Of a stretch of 64,000 bases of DNA, positions 1 through 10,102 are shown one piece after another. The translations under genes and the position numbers were made by a program. The DNA is taken from the NCBI GenBank assembly GCA_963662655.2, contig CAXXTU010000002.1, forward strand, positions 768,001 to 832,000. The letters run 5' to 3'. Below the pieces are notes generated by a model that did not search any database, had not been told where the DNA came from, and saw only the letters and a list, made by a program, of their open reading frames with translations. Every line of letters begins with the position of its first letter. Position 1 is the first letter of the stretch. The DNA is from Candidatus Cloacimonadales bacterium (lineage in GTDB: Bacteria > Cloacimonadota > Cloacimonadia > Cloacimonadales > JAIOQZ01).

Positions 1-20
1 CCATCGCAAGGACAAGCAGG

Positions 21-980
21 CTAATCCTCAGAAGGTATCGCAATGCGGAATCCTAAGCGCTCGTTACGGAAAAGTGGACATTTGTAGCTGTCGAGCGGAT
101 ATGGCGATGGGTTGAGTTCATTGTTCTCCAGAATGCGCATCTCATTGCATCCGCCGCATGATATCTCTTGCGGATCAATGCCGGACAAACACCATTCGGA
201 AACAGCCCCGGCGATTCCATAGACGGCCTCGATGCAGGCCTGCTTTACCACGATCTCATGATCTACCGGAAAACAAGCCATCAACTGTTCCCACGTCGGC
301 ATATCTGCGCCAATCCATTGGGTAAATGCATAGCACTCGAACCAGGTCAAACCTCCGACGGGGCTGTTCGGGTGATTGTTCGTTGCATTGCTGTACCAAG
401 GCTGCTTGTTAAAATCCCATTCCATGGGCTTTGAAAGCCTCTTCAATCCCTGGTAGTGCCAGCCGATGTTCTGGTCTTTCATCAGTTCGCCCTCGATTTT
501 CCACAGTGGTTCGTCGTCGTATCCATCATCCAGCATGAAGTTCGCGAATTGCTCGTTCGTTATCTCGTACTTACTTATATAGAATGGTTTCAGGCTATAT
601 TGCTCAATTGTGTTATCACACGTGATAACGCTGTATCTTCCGGCAGGAATGTAAACCATCTCTCCACATATCCTGCCATTTGTTCGTAATGTAATGCTGA
701 GCGCTCCAACAGAAATGCCTGCTCCTTTGAATTCAATTGAATCCGCGCAAGCCGATGAAATCTCCTGCTCGATCGGTTTTTCCGCCACAATTCTCTCGAC
801 ACCGCCGTTAACATAAGCGCTAATCCGCACCGAAGTTCCCTTCGCGACGTTGTTAAGTTTGTATCGGCAAATCACATGATCGTCCACCGACGCGAACTTC
901 GTATCGTAGAGTAATGGGAAGCAAAGAATTCGTGCGGATGCAAGTATAATCACAACGGCTACAGCCAGTTTTCGCTCCAT
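21..980 (-). CDS. Formylglycine-generating-enzyme (SUMF1/FGE-sulfatase) domain protein, divergent, probably exported
   Basis: Motifs EMVYIPAG, FYISKYEITNEQF, PVGGLTWFEC..F..W, G.VSEW and terminal LGFRI. Hydrophobic N-terminus. ATG at 980 chosen over TTG at 992. Confidence 0.65.
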   Translation of the reverse strand: MERKLAVAVVIILASARILCFPLLYDTKFASVDDHVICRYKLNNVAKGTSVRISAYVNGGVERIVAEKPIEQEISSACADSIEFKGAGISVGALSITLRTNGRICGEMVYIPAGRYSVITCDNTIEQYSLKPFYISKYEITNEQFANFMLDDGYDDEPLWKIEGELMKDQNIGWHYQGLKRLSKPMEWDFNKQPWYSNATNNHPNSPVGGLTWFECYAFTQWIGADMPTWEQLMACFPVDHEIVVKQACIEAVYGIAGAVSEWCLSGIDPQEISCGGCNEMRILENNELNPSPYPLDSYKCPLFRNERLGFRIAIPSED

Positions 981-1201
981 TTTGAACCTCAAACAAGTCA
1001 GTGCTTCATTGAAGGTAAGAGTGTCAAGTCAAAATCTCGGATGTCGCCTATCTGCTCGGATATATTTCTCAATGATTTGAACCATGTTCCATTACCTGAA
1101 TTATCGGTTAAAGCGTAATTCAAGATTCCAATGTAATCTTTTTCTTGCCACGGCGTTATTACTAAGGAAAATGACGTTATTATGAAGAAAAGGGGACATG
1201 C

Positions 1202-4021
1202 ATGATCTCAAGACAGGCGATGGGCAGGCTGTTACTGCTGGTATCAATGCTTCTTGCATTAAGCGCTTTATTCTCTACGGGTGTGACTTACAACAATGAT
1301 TTTCCGGCGAACAAGCTTCAACGAGTAAGCAACGATCGTTATCAGGTGGTCCTGTTCGAAGAAGATTTCATCAACGGTTTGGGAGACTGGGAAAGCCAGG
1401 ACGGAACCGCGCCTTACCACTGGAACGAGTGGTGGCACGCATCGGAAGTGGGAGCTTACGAAGGAAGTTCCTGGTGGATGGGCGATGAATCGATCGACGG
1501 CTACCAGAACCATCGCTATATAATTATTGACACTGACGATATTGTTTTACCGCAAGAAAATGCGAGCATGGATTTCATGTTGAGCTTTAATCTTGAACCC
1601 GCCAGCGAGCATGACGATTACGACGCCTGGGATGGCTTCAATGTTCGCATAAGCAACGATTCCGGCGAGACCTGGCAGATTATCGAAGGTTCTCCCGCCT
1701 ATACGGCTACCAGTTGCTACAGCTTCGGCGAGATATTCGAAGAAGGTACGGGAGTCCCCGGCTGGACAGGCTCATCGGAAGGCTGGCAGGAAGCCTCGTT
1801 CGACCTGAGCGCGTGGGCCGGTCAAACGGTTCGCGTTCGCTTCGCGTTTGCATCGGACGACAATTCCTGTACCATCGACGAAGACGGTGATCCCTCCTGG
1901 TTCGGCGCACGTATCGATAACATCAATATCGGCGACGCGTTCTTCTCGAATGCGGATGGCGTTGAAGACGACGCGCGCATGATTCCCTGGTACAGCTCGG
2001 AGATGAGCGGCGATTTCTGGGAAGCTGCCATCGGCTACGAAGGCGGTCTTTCGGCGCATTGCCCCATCGAGAACAGCCTTGTTGACGAGATCATCTCTCC
2101 CGCATACAGCCTTCATGGCGATATCCATTACTACTTCTCCTATCGCGTGTTGTGCGATATTCCCGATACAGATAGCGATCAGGATGGCATTCTTGACGAC
2201 TACTACACCGTATATGTGAAAGCGCTCGATGATCTGTACTGGACGAGGATCCATTACAATCACGCGGATGGCTCTCCCGCTGAATGGACCTATATCGATA
2301 ACGACTATGCCCAAGCCCATTTCGCAGATCAGAACGGCAATTGCGACCTCGGAGTCTGGGCGGGGCAGACCGTCCAGTTCAAGTTTCAGTTGAACACGGA
2401 CAATGACGGAAACGCGCAGCACGCGAGCGGTCTGTACATCGACGATTTCAAGATTTACTACGAATTTCCTCTTGCCGAACCGGAAAACCTTCAGGCCTAT
2501 CCTTCCGGGCAGACGATCCAGCTATTGTGGGATAACCCGACCGGCGGTGCCCAGGAAGGCTGGATGCACTGGGACGATGGCATTATCGACAACTTCCTCG
2601 GCGCTGATGGTCCTGCTGATATCGATGTCTGTGCAAGGTTTTTCGCGGAAGATTTACTTCCCTATGTCGGTTACTGGATCACCGCCATTAAATTCGCCCC
2701 CGGAGAACAGCAGTGCGACTACTGGATCAGAATTTGGAGTGGCGATGGGACGATACTGCGAGAGCAGTATGTTGAGTATCCCTCCATCGGCGGCTGGAAC
2801 CGCGTGACCCTGCAAGAGCCGCTTCAGATAGAGTTTGGAAACATCCTGTGGATCGGGTACCGGGCCCTTGCCGAAGCCGGATATCCCTGTGGTTGTGACG
2901 TAGGGCCAATGGTCCCCGGAAAAGGTGGATTTGTTCGCGTGAACGGTGGAGACTGGGTTGAATTGTATTATGCTACCACGCCTGCGACAGATTCAAACCT
3001 GAATATTCAAGCACTGGTTGAATCTGACGACGGGAGGCCGGTACCTATCTCTGTGACTCGCAGCAGTCGTGCGGTGGAAGGCTATCAGGTTTTCCGCAGG
3101 AGTCTTGGAGGCTCGTTCGGGGAACCGATTGCCAACCTTTCCGGCGAGAACAATACGTTCTTCATCGATCAAAATCCCCCGACCAATACAATCCTCGAAT
3201 ATGCTGTCAAAGCAATCTACGAGCAAGCCGCATCCGATTTCTGCGAGCCTGTTCAAGCTCTTGCGCTGGCTCAGACAGCTATTGAATACAAATCAGACGA
3301 TGGTACCGCGGAATCGACCGCAACGCCGGGCGTCGCGGAAGAAATTGCAATTACATTCAATATGGAAGAACGCCGTCAGTTGAAGTACGCAAAGGTGTTC
3401 ATCGATGAGATGAGCGATCTTCCGTTCATCTTCAAGCTTTGGGACTGCGCTTCAACCGGAGAACCTGAATTGATGATCGAGGATTTCGCGATATCGTCAA
3501 GTGAACTCACTACCGGATGGAACTATATCAGCATTCCCGGTCAGCCGGTTCTGGACGCGAGAACATACGCTATAAGCGTCATGGGAACAGCCGTTTCTTA
3601 CGGCATCGGCGAAGACACAACCGAGCCCCAGGGTATGAGTTTTACATATTCCAATGGCGGTTGGGAGTATCACGATGCCGGCAACTACATGCTCCGAATC
3701 ATCGCCGACACGCAGATCGCGAACGACCATCAGGATATCGTGAAACCGGATATGGCCTTCTCGAACTACCCGAATCCGTTCAACCCCGAAACGACCTTCT
3801 CATTTTATCTTTCCAGCCCGGAAAAGGTACGCCTTGAGATTTTCAACATCCGAGGCCAGAAGGTTGTAACGCTTTCCGACGAGAGAATGGACGCTGGCGC
3901 TCACTTCGTTAACTGGAGTGGCCAGGACCAGACCGGCAAACCCGTTTCCGGTGGGGTGTACCTGAGTCGGCTGAGTACACAGAGCAATACTGAGATGAGA
4001 AAAGTTCTCCTGCTCAAATAG
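1202..4021 (+). CDS. Large secreted/surface protein: repeated beta-sandwich (immune-inhibitor-A/MAM-like) domains, FN3-like segment, C-terminal FlgD-Ig/T9SS-like sorting domain
   Basis: Signal peptide. Two related segments (DLSAWAGQTVRVRF, DLGVWAGQTVQFKF). C-terminus [10 protein letters not shown]...IFNIRGQKV...WSGQD..G..V.GGVY...KVLLLK. Confidence 0.75.
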   Translation: MISRQAMGRLLLLVSMLLALSALFSTGVTYNNDFPANKLQRVSNDRYQVVLFEEDFINGLGDWESQDGTAPYHWNEWWHASEVGAYEGSSWWMGDESIDGYQNHRYIIIDTDDIVLPQENASMDFMLSFNLEPASEHDDYDAWDGFNVRISNDSGETWQIIEGSPAYTATSCYSFGEIFEEGTGVPGWTGSSEGWQEASFDLSAWAGQTVRVRFAFASDDNSCTIDEDGDPSWFGARIDNINIGDAFFSNADGVEDDARMIPWYSSEMSGDFWEAAIGYEGGLSAHCPIENSLVDEIISPAYSLHGDIHYYFSYRVLCDIPDTDSDQDGILDDYYTVYVKALDDLYWTRIHYNHADGSPAEWTYIDNDYAQAHFADQNGNCDLGVWAGQTVQFKFQLNTDNDGNAQHASGLYIDDFKIYYEFPLAEPENLQAYPSGQTIQLLWDNPTGGAQEGWMHWDDGIIDNFLGADGPADIDVCARFFAEDLLPYVGYWITAIKFAPGEQQCDYWIRIWSGDGTILREQYVEYPSIGGWNRVTLQEPLQIEFGNILWIGYRALAEAGYPCGCDVGPMVPGKGGFVRVNGGDWVELYYATTPATDSNLNIQALVESDDGRPVPISVTRSSRAVEGYQVFRRSLGGSFGEPIANLSGENNTFFIDQNPPTNTILEYAVKAIYEQAASDFCEPVQALALAQTAIEYKSDDGTAESTATPGVAEEIAITFNMEERRQLKYAKVFIDEMSDLPFIFKLWDCASTGEPELMIEDFAISSSELTTGWNYISIPGQPVLDARTYAISVMGTAVSYGIGEDTTEPQGMSFTYSNGGWEYHDAGNYMLRIIADTQIANDHQDIVKPDMAFSNYPNPFNPETTFSFYLSSPEKVRLEIFNIRGQKVVTLSDERMDAGAHFVNWSGQDQTGKPVSGGVYLSRLSTQSNTEMRKVLLLK

Positions 4022-4040
4022 ACATCAGTTTTAGATATAG

Positions 4041-4071
4041 AAAAGGAGCGTCTCATTTGACGCTCCTTTTT
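4041..4071. terminator. Bidirectional intrinsic terminator
   Basis: AAAAGGAGCGTC-TCATTT-GACGCTCCTTTTT, about 20 nt after the stop at 4021. Confidence 0.8.
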
Positions 4072-4163
4072 AATGACCTGTTGCATCTCGAGTGGGGCTA
4101 ATCCCATCGGATGCAATGCTTAGTTGCAAGATTCGCATGCGACAACTTGGAATCCCATATATG

Positions 4164-4276
4164 CTTCGATACGATTTCGCAAGCGAAATCACTCAGCATG
4201 ACATCCAGGGGGAGTTGCGACCTACTCTATTTGCACCAGAGCCCTACTTCTTGTCACCCTGAGCGGAGTCGAAGGG
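4164..4276. repeat. REP-like family 2 inverted pair; left arm carries an inserted hairpin
   Basis: 4252-4276 TGTCACCCTGAGCGGAGTCGAAGGG closely matches the copies at 44043 and 44632. 4164-4203 CTTCGA...CTCAGCATGACA is a degenerate opposite-orientation arm containing GATTTCGCAAGCGAAATC. Confidence 0.65.
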
Positions 4277-4316
4277 TCGATTCTTTCGTTTACGCTTCGC
4301 AAAGTCACAACGCTAT

Positions 4317-4609
4317 GATTTCGTTTTGGCTTCGTCAAAGCCGACTCCAGCACTTTGTGCTTCCGGCAAGATTTCGTTTTGACTTCGTCAAAGCCGACTC
4401 CAGCACTTTGTGCTTCCGGCAAGATTTCGTTTTGACTTCGTCAAAGCCGACTCCAGCACTTTGTGCTTCCGGCAAGATTTCGTTTTGACTTCGTCAAAGC
4501 CGACTCCAGCACTTTGTGCTTCCGGCAAGATTTCGTTTTGACTTCGTCAAAGCCGACTCCAGCACTTTGTGCTTCCGGCAAGATTTCGTTTTGACTTCGT
4601 CAAAGCCGA
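4317..4609. repeat. Tandem array of a 53-bp unit, about 5.5 copies
   Basis: Unit GATTTCGTTTTGACTTCGTCAAAGCCGACTCCAGCACTTTGTGCTTCCGGCAA starts at 4317, 4370, 4423, 4476, 4529, with a partial copy at 4582. One substitution in the first copy. Confidence 0.95.
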
Positions 4610-4611
4610 AA

Positions 4612-6285
4612 TTACTTTAGCATCATAAGTTTACGTGTTTGAGTTAGATTCCCCGATTCCAGTCTGCAGAAATAAATCCCGCTTGAAAGCGTATTTCCGC
4701 GGTCGTCGGTTCCATCCCATGCGATATGATATTCACCCTGCGATTTGACTTCGTTGACCAGCGTTCTGACTCGTTGTCCCTTCGCGTTGAAAACAGCAAG
4801 TTGCGTGTGGTTCTGCTCGGGGATCGAGTAGTGGATTACCGTCTGAGGATTGAAGGGATTGGGAGTATTGCTCAGCTTGAAGACGGTAGCCGGAGATACA
4901 TCATCGACAGCGTTCTGTTCCTGAACCGGGAACTCGAACGACGTCGAGAATGTACGATCGTAACTGGTAGAAAACGAGACGTCGATCGTCGCCGTATGTT
5001 CTTGAGCTGTCTCGGAAATTCGGATCAGGAAGGGGCTGTCGACATTGGTCGCCGGCATGGATGGAGCGATATCGCCGTAGGCGTAGGTTGCTGAGAGGAA
5101 CTCGATATCCGCGTCTTGTGTGGAAAGAGAGGCCTGCAAGCCTGGAGTGGGGAAGTCGGCGGAAACAGTGAGGTAGATCATGATGGTTTCACCGCTCTCC
5201 ATGATCCCGTCCGTATCCCCGTCCACCAGAATGGGGTCTTCGTTATATAGATTCCCATAGTTCAAAAAGGTGAATGTCTCGACATCGGCCATGGCGATGT
5301 TATCGAAATCCCGATCGATCGAGATGTACATGAGCTTGTCGTTCAGGTCGGCGATGGTCGACCACTGCGTTCCTTGCGTTCCCTGATGCCAGGTGGGCAT
5401 GGCGATGATGTCCATCGCGTTTCGCCAGTCTTCGATGATACCGTTTTGATCTTCGAGGACATTGTACAGCATCTCGTAGCGATAGCATTCATAGAAGAGC
5501 TGTTCCAGCGACGCGCCATAGATAACTGAATTGGTCAGCACCTGCCAGTTTACATCCGTGGGGATCGCGACAAACCGGTCGTCGACGTATTCGAGGACAA
5601 CGGTTTCGCCGGTGGCGTCCGTCACCAGTAAATGGTGCGAGACAACGTTGTTCGCGCCTGCGTCGAAGACGTTGTAGCTGTTTGCGATCTCGAGCGCTTC
5701 GGCGCAATTGGACGCGCCATCGAGAATGCGGCGGCAAAGGAGCGTGATAAAGATGTATTCCTTCTCGGGGTACTCATGAATGGTGACGGGCCGAACATAG
5801 GCGAGTCCAGCCGCAAGACCAGTTTCGTTGAGGCCGTCGGCGGTATAGTAGGGCGATTTCAGCAGGAACTTCTTCTCGTGGGTAGAAAGACTCGTATAGT
5901 CTGTTCCCGTTGGCAATCCGACATCGCTCAACCTGTTCAGAGCAATTGACGAATATTGCCCCGGAGGTGAATACTTGCCTACGAGGACATCCTGTTCAGG
6001 ATTATCCATATTCCTGCCGTAGAAGAGGTTCTGTGGATCCCCGATTCCCGAGTACAAGCTGCAATTGAAATTGCTGTCCGGCCTAACAAATCCCCCGGTG
6101 TAAAGGTTATTGATATACTGAAGGATATCTTCGTAATCTCCTTGAAATTCGATCGTACAGAACTCGCCCAACTTCTGAAAGCTATTCAACGTCGATAGCG
6201 TATCAACACGTGAAATGGGCATGTCCTGGGCCTGTATACAGAAAACAAATGCCGTGAACAAGATTGCGCATAAAACTTTTCTCAT
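4612..6285 (-). CDS. Secreted Ntn-hydrolase (choloylglycine hydrolase/peptidase C45-like) with C-terminal FlgD-Ig sorting domain
   Basis: Signal peptide MRKVLCAILF after GGAGG RBS. Motifs NCS (putative nucleophile Cys), YGRNMD, DGLNETGLA, HLLVTDATG, LTN, TQWS. Tail NTPNPFNPQT...KLMMLK. Confidence 0.75.
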   Translation of the reverse strand: MRKVLCAILFTAFVFCIQAQDMPISRVDTLSTLNSFQKLGEFCTIEFQGDYEDILQYINNLYTGGFVRPDSNFNCSLYSGIGDPQNLFYGRNMDNPEQDVLVGKYSPPGQYSSIALNRLSDVGLPTGTDYTSLSTHEKKFLLKSPYYTADGLNETGLAAGLAYVRPVTIHEYPEKEYIFITLLCRRILDGASNCAEALEIANSYNVFDAGANNVVSHHLLVTDATGETVVLEYVDDRFVAIPTDVNWQVLTNSVIYGASLEQLFYECYRYEMLYNVLEDQNGIIEDWRNAMDIIAMPTWHQGTQGTQWSTIADLNDKLMYISIDRDFDNIAMADVETFTFLNYGNLYNEDPILVDGDTDGIMESGETIMIYLTVSADFPTPGLQASLSTQDADIEFLSATYAYGDIAPSMPATNVDSPFLIRISETAQEHTATIDVSFSTSYDRTFSTSFEFPVQEQNAVDDVSPATVFKLSNTPNPFNPQTVIHYSIPEQNHTQLAVFNAKGQRVRTLVNEVKSQGEYHIAWDGTDDRGNTLSSGIYFCRLESGNLTQTRKLMMLK

Positions 6286-6474
6286 GAATCCTCCCTGCCG
6301 AACAAGATAACGAATACTATCGTGTACCATTTGCAAGAACGGTGCCGAATGAGCGACATTCACGAATATAAGCTAAGTTCATGGCATTTTGCGATGCATA
6401 CTGTGATCGACGAACAATGAAAACGTTCGATTCCAAAGCACGGATGTACCAATGTGAACGATTGTGGACAGCGA

Positions 6475-7365
6475 TCATCGCTGTGTGATAAACTCCTGCA
6501 CCAGTTGAACGAACTCAGCCGGCTTTTCGGAGTGAATCGAATGAGCGGCTTGCTCGATGATACGGAATTGAGCGTTTGGTATCGCTTCGGCCAATGCCTT
6601 GCAGCAGTCCACGGGAAAAATGATGTCCTGCGAACCAGCGATAACCAGCGTGGGGCAGAGGACATTCTCGCAGAAGGATTCTGCCTGAAAGCTTTCGGCG
6701 GCATCGACCTGCAAACAGAATCCTTTCGGCGTCTGTGGATAGGGGTAATCGACAGAGGAATCGAGCGCCAAGCTGACGAGAGCCTTCTGCTCGAAAAAGG
6801 TGGGCGTGAATATCCAGAAGAACAGGTTCTGGAACCACTCCCTCGTCGGGCCATACGTTTTGATGGACTGACTCAGGTTCCCGAAGAGCATCTTGTTTCT
6901 AGCGGATATTTCCAGCGGTGTACCGGCTATAATCAGACAAGAAACTCGCTCCGGATTCGTAGCGGCCAAAGTTAGTGCGATCTGGCCTCCCATGGAATGC
7001 CCCACAACGATTGCCTTATCGATTCCGAGGTGATCGAGGAGTGCCAGCGCGTCTTTTGCCATCACCTGTACAGTGAGGGAATCGTCGTGCGACGCAGTAC
7101 GGCCCGTGGTGCGATTGTCGTAGACGATTACCCTATATTTCCCGGAAAGCAAGGGCAGGACCGAAAGCCAGCTTTGGGAATCGGAGGCAAGGCCGGCGAT
7201 CAGGAGAAGTGGCTCCCCCTCGCCGTGGATTTCATAGTACATTTGAGCTCCGTTATGTTCAAACGTTCCCATATAAAACTCCTGTGTTGTTAGCGGTTGG
7301 GCATTAAATGATGCTACTGAGAAAATAATAGCGATGGTCATTAGAAACCGTGTCATTGTTATCAC
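6475..7365 (-). CDS. Alpha/beta-fold hydrolase, probably exported
   Basis: YYEIHGEGEPLLL, GHSMGG nucleophile elbow, PTLVIAGSQD, AAH. Start may be a few codons downstream. Confidence 0.85.
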   Translation of the reverse strand: MITMTRFLMTIAIIFSVASFNAQPLTTQEFYMGTFEHNGAQMYYEIHGEGEPLLLIAGLASDSQSWLSVLPLLSGKYRVIVYDNRTTGRTASHDDSLTVQVMAKDALALLDHLGIDKAIVVGHSMGGQIALTLAATNPERVSCLIIAGTPLEISARNKMLFGNLSQSIKTYGPTREWFQNLFFWIFTPTFFEQKALVSLALDSSVDYPYPQTPKGFCLQVDAAESFQAESFCENVLCPTLVIAGSQDIIFPVDCCKALAEAIPNAQFRIIEQAAHSIHSEKPAEFVQLVQEFITQR

Positions 7366-7450
7366 CTGTCGTTATTGATTCATTGTCATGATGACACCGG
7401 ATTCGTTTTCAGACAACTTTTTTTTCAAGTCACTAATGGCTTACCAGTAT

Positions 7451-7566
7451 GGCATCTTCGCCCAATCCGCCACTCCTACGTGGATATAGCACACCATCCT
7501 GACTATCGAACGTGAAAATATGGTGTGCAACACCACGTCTTCGTGGCGGATTGAACGAATCTGCTC
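7451..7566. repeat. Structured repeat family 1, copy A (116 nt)
   Basis: GGCATCTTCGCC...GTGGATATA...GACTATCGAAC...AACACCAC...AACGAATCTGCTC. Stems CAATCCGCCAC/GTGGCGGATTG, ACGTGG/CCACGT, GCACACCAT/ATGGTGTGC. Confidence 0.9.
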
Positions 7567-7592
7567 ATACTTCATGCGCAATTATAAAGGGA

Positions 7593-7617
7593 AAGGGCAG
7601 ACGTAACGTCTGCCCTT
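7593..7617 (-). terminator. Probable sppA terminator hairpin
   Basis: AAGGGCAGACG-TAA-CGTCTGCCCTT, about 20 nt past the sppA stop. Only a weak U tract. Confidence 0.6.
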
Positions 7618-7638
7618 GTGAGATTTATGGGGGGAGGA

Positions 7639-10017
7639 TTATTTGAGGTCGTTTACTTCGATTGGCATGAGGAATAGAATTCCGTTGTCCGACATCTCTT
7701 TGTAGCGCTCGGTGCGTTCGACCAATTGATCGATCTCTTCCGGCAACTGGTTCATCAAGCCGATCGAGCTCAGCATGTCCATGTCGGTGTGTATCGTCAT
7801 TCCTTCTTTGTGCTTGGGGAATTCGATGAGGTTGAGTTTCTTCACGTTCAGGCGGGTCATCATGTGTTCGAACGCGGTCTCCAGACCTCCTAGATCATCG
7901 ACGAGTCCGTTTTCGAGCGCTTGGCGCCCGGTCCATATCCTACCCTGTGCGATGGCGTGAACCTCTTCTTTGGTCATGCCTCTTCCTTCCGCGACGTGAC
8001 CGATGAATACATCGTAGAAATGTTCGATGGATTCATTGTATTTCTGCTTCTCCGAATCGGTCATACTTCGCATGAGAGAACCGATGTCGGCATGCTCGCC
8101 CCGGCGGATGGTTTCGTAGTTCACGTCGATCTTGCCGAGGAGTTCCTGGATGTTCGGGGCGATTCCCATGACGCCGATCGAACCGGTGATGGTCATTGGG
8201 TCCGCGATAATCTCGTCACCGTATACGGCGATGTAATAACCTCCGGAACCGGCGACAGCCCCGAATGAGAAGATCACCGGACGCCCGGTCTCCTTGAACA
8301 GCTTGATCTCGCGTGCGATGATGTCGGATGCCAGCGCCGAGCCGCCACCGCTGTTGACGCGGACGATCATGCCGTCGATCATAGGATTCTTGCGCGCGTC
8401 CCGAATCGCCTTGGCCATGGAGGTGGAGCCGATGCTCTTGCCGGGCTGGCCTTCGCCGGAGTGGATATCGCCAATCGCGTAGATCATGGCGATGTTCTTC
8501 GATGCGTCCTGCGCCCATTCGATCGGCATGGGATCGCTGTAATAGGTAGGCATGAACATGGCGTTTTTGCCGAGGGTCTCAAGGATCTGATCTTCGTAGA
8601 TCAAGCCGTCGATCAAGCCGAGTTCGAGCGCTTCGTCGGCGCGGTACGGACCTTCGTCGATGATGGTGCGTACGTCTTGTGTCAGTTTGTCGGCTCTTCC
8701 TTCCTCGATCATCGCGACGAATTCGTCGAACATTCCGTCCAGAACATGGGTGAGAGCCACACGCTCGGCTTCGGTCATGTGGTTTTCGGAGAAGATGTTT
8801 CCCGCAGTCTTGTATTCGTGGCTCTGGAAGTTGACGACTTCCACGCCAAGCTTCTCGAGAAGGTCGTGTACGTAAGGCATCGAGATCGCCAGACCCTTCA
8901 ATTCCACATCGCCAACCGGATTCATGTAGATTCGATCGGCGATTGACGCTGCGAAGACGTACTGCGAGTTGGGGATTGAATCCAGGTAGAACACGATTTC
9001 CTTGCCCGTCGCCTTGAAGCTTTGGAATTCCTTGTGAAGCTCGTAGTAGTTCGCGAAGTTCCCCTGAAGGTTGCTGCTGCGAATCAGGATGCCGTCGATG
9101 CGATCGTCCTTCTTGAGCTTGCGGATCTTGTCGATCATGCTGAGCAACCTGATTTGACCCTCGTTCTGGAAACGGATAAAGCCGAATTCGGAATATTTCT
9201 CACGTTCGACAATCTCTCCGCTCATCTTCCAGTCGTAGTATTTCTTCTTGTGGAACATGACGCACGGGGAGCGGAATTGCTTGTCGGAGATGTGGATAAA
9301 CATCTCGCCGTTGGAGATCTTGTTGTCGTCGTTCAGGTAGTTGACGCTACCGATTTGGGATTTATCGGCGGAGAAGGCGATGCTCAGGGCGAATGTTTCG
9401 TCTTCGGTCTCGTAGGACGCGCCCAGGTAGAGTCCGTTGATCGGCTCGACCTGGATTCCGTAGATGGGATCGCCCCACTCGTCGTCGGTGTATTCGATAT
9501 CGCCGGTGAGTGTAACGCGGTCGATCAGAGGACGAATCCCCAGCCCTGCCCGGTAAACGTTCTCGTCGGAGTCATTGAGTATTTGAGCCGTACCACCCAC
9601 GGATACCCAATCGATGGGGCGGTAGAGCATGGAGAATCCAACCGATCCGTGAGCGAAATGGTCGTCAATCCAGTCCCAATGCGTTCCCAGGTAGAAATTG
9701 TTGAACAGCTCGGAAGCGGACGCCAGGCGGTGGTAGTTCGTCTTCTCGCTTCTGCGATAGGAGTAGCCAAGATTGTCCGTATTGAAGAACAACGTATAAT
9801 CCCTGACGAAATCTTCGTCGTCGTATGAAGCCTGATAGCCGAAACCGCCGGCTCTTCCATAAGCCAGTCCGGCCGGATTGACACGGGTAGCGTGTATGCC
9901 ATCGGTGGTGGCCACGGAGAAGTACTTCGCGCTAATCTGCTCCCAGTTAACTTCCGTAGCTCCAAGACTGATGGCAGCCCCCAGTACGATCACAAGAATG
10001 ATAATCATTTTACTCAT
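7639..10017 (-). CDS. sppA: Signal peptide peptidase SppA (protease IV, tandem S49 domains) with an extra N-terminal beta-barrel-like domain
   Basis: YVFAASIADRIYM, HEYKTAG, RVNSGGGSALASD, AGSGGYY, TITGSIGV, GRIWTGRQA. The first ~250 aa have a signal peptide, NPAGLA and amphipathic beta strands. Confidence 0.9.
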   Translation of the reverse strand: MSKMIIILVIVLGAAISLGATEVNWEQISAKYFSVATTDGIHATRVNPAGLAYGRAGGFGYQASYDDEDFVRDYTLFFNTDNLGYSYRRSEKTNYHRLASASELFNNFYLGTHWDWIDDHFAHGSVGFSMLYRPIDWVSVGGTAQILNDSDENVYRAGLGIRPLIDRVTLTGDIEYTDDEWGDPIYGIQVEPINGLYLGASYETEDETFALSIAFSADKSQIGSVNYLNDDNKISNGEMFIHISDKQFRSPCVMFHKKKYYDWKMSGEIVEREKYSEFGFIRFQNEGQIRLLSMIDKIRKLKKDDRIDGILIRSSNLQGNFANYYELHKEFQSFKATGKEIVFYLDSIPNSQYVFAASIADRIYMNPVGDVELKGLAISMPYVHDLLEKLGVEVVNFQSHEYKTAGNIFSENHMTEAERVALTHVLDGMFDEFVAMIEEGRADKLTQDVRTIIDEGPYRADEALELGLIDGLIYEDQILETLGKNAMFMPTYYSDPMPIEWAQDASKNIAMIYAIGDIHSGEGQPGKSIGSTSMAKAIRDARKNPMIDGMIVRVNSGGGSALASDIIAREIKLFKETGRPVIFSFGAVAGSGGYYIAVYGDEIIADPMTITGSIGVMGIAPNIQELLGKIDVNYETIRRGEHADIGSLMRSMTDSEKQKYNESIEHFYDVFIGHVAEGRGMTKEEVHAIAQGRIWTGRQALENGLVDDLGGLETAFEHMMTRLNVKKLNLIEFPKHKEGMTIHTDMDMLSSIGLMNQLPEEIDQLVERTERYKEMSDNGILFLMPIEVNDLK

Positions 10018-10102
10018 AAATCCTCCTTACTATTATATAAGAAATCACAGTAATCAATTCAAAAGTGAACGTCTTCCCCAGCTTATTCACTGTCATGGTA
10101 CA

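Noticed and set aside
4111..4488. ORFs 4111-4488 (+) and 4222-4422 (-)
   Set aside because: They read through hairpin repeats and the tandem array and have no protein-like features.
4317..4609. CRISPR array
   Set aside because: The would-be spacers are identical in every unit and no cas genes are present. It is a tandem repeat.
7451..7566. Family-1 element as an integron attC site, tRNA or known self-cleaving ribozyme
   Set aside because: No RYYYAAC/GTTRRRY ends, cassette array or integrase. No cloverleaf, and no hammerhead core (CUGANGA/GAAA) was recognised. A formal Rfam scan is still needed.
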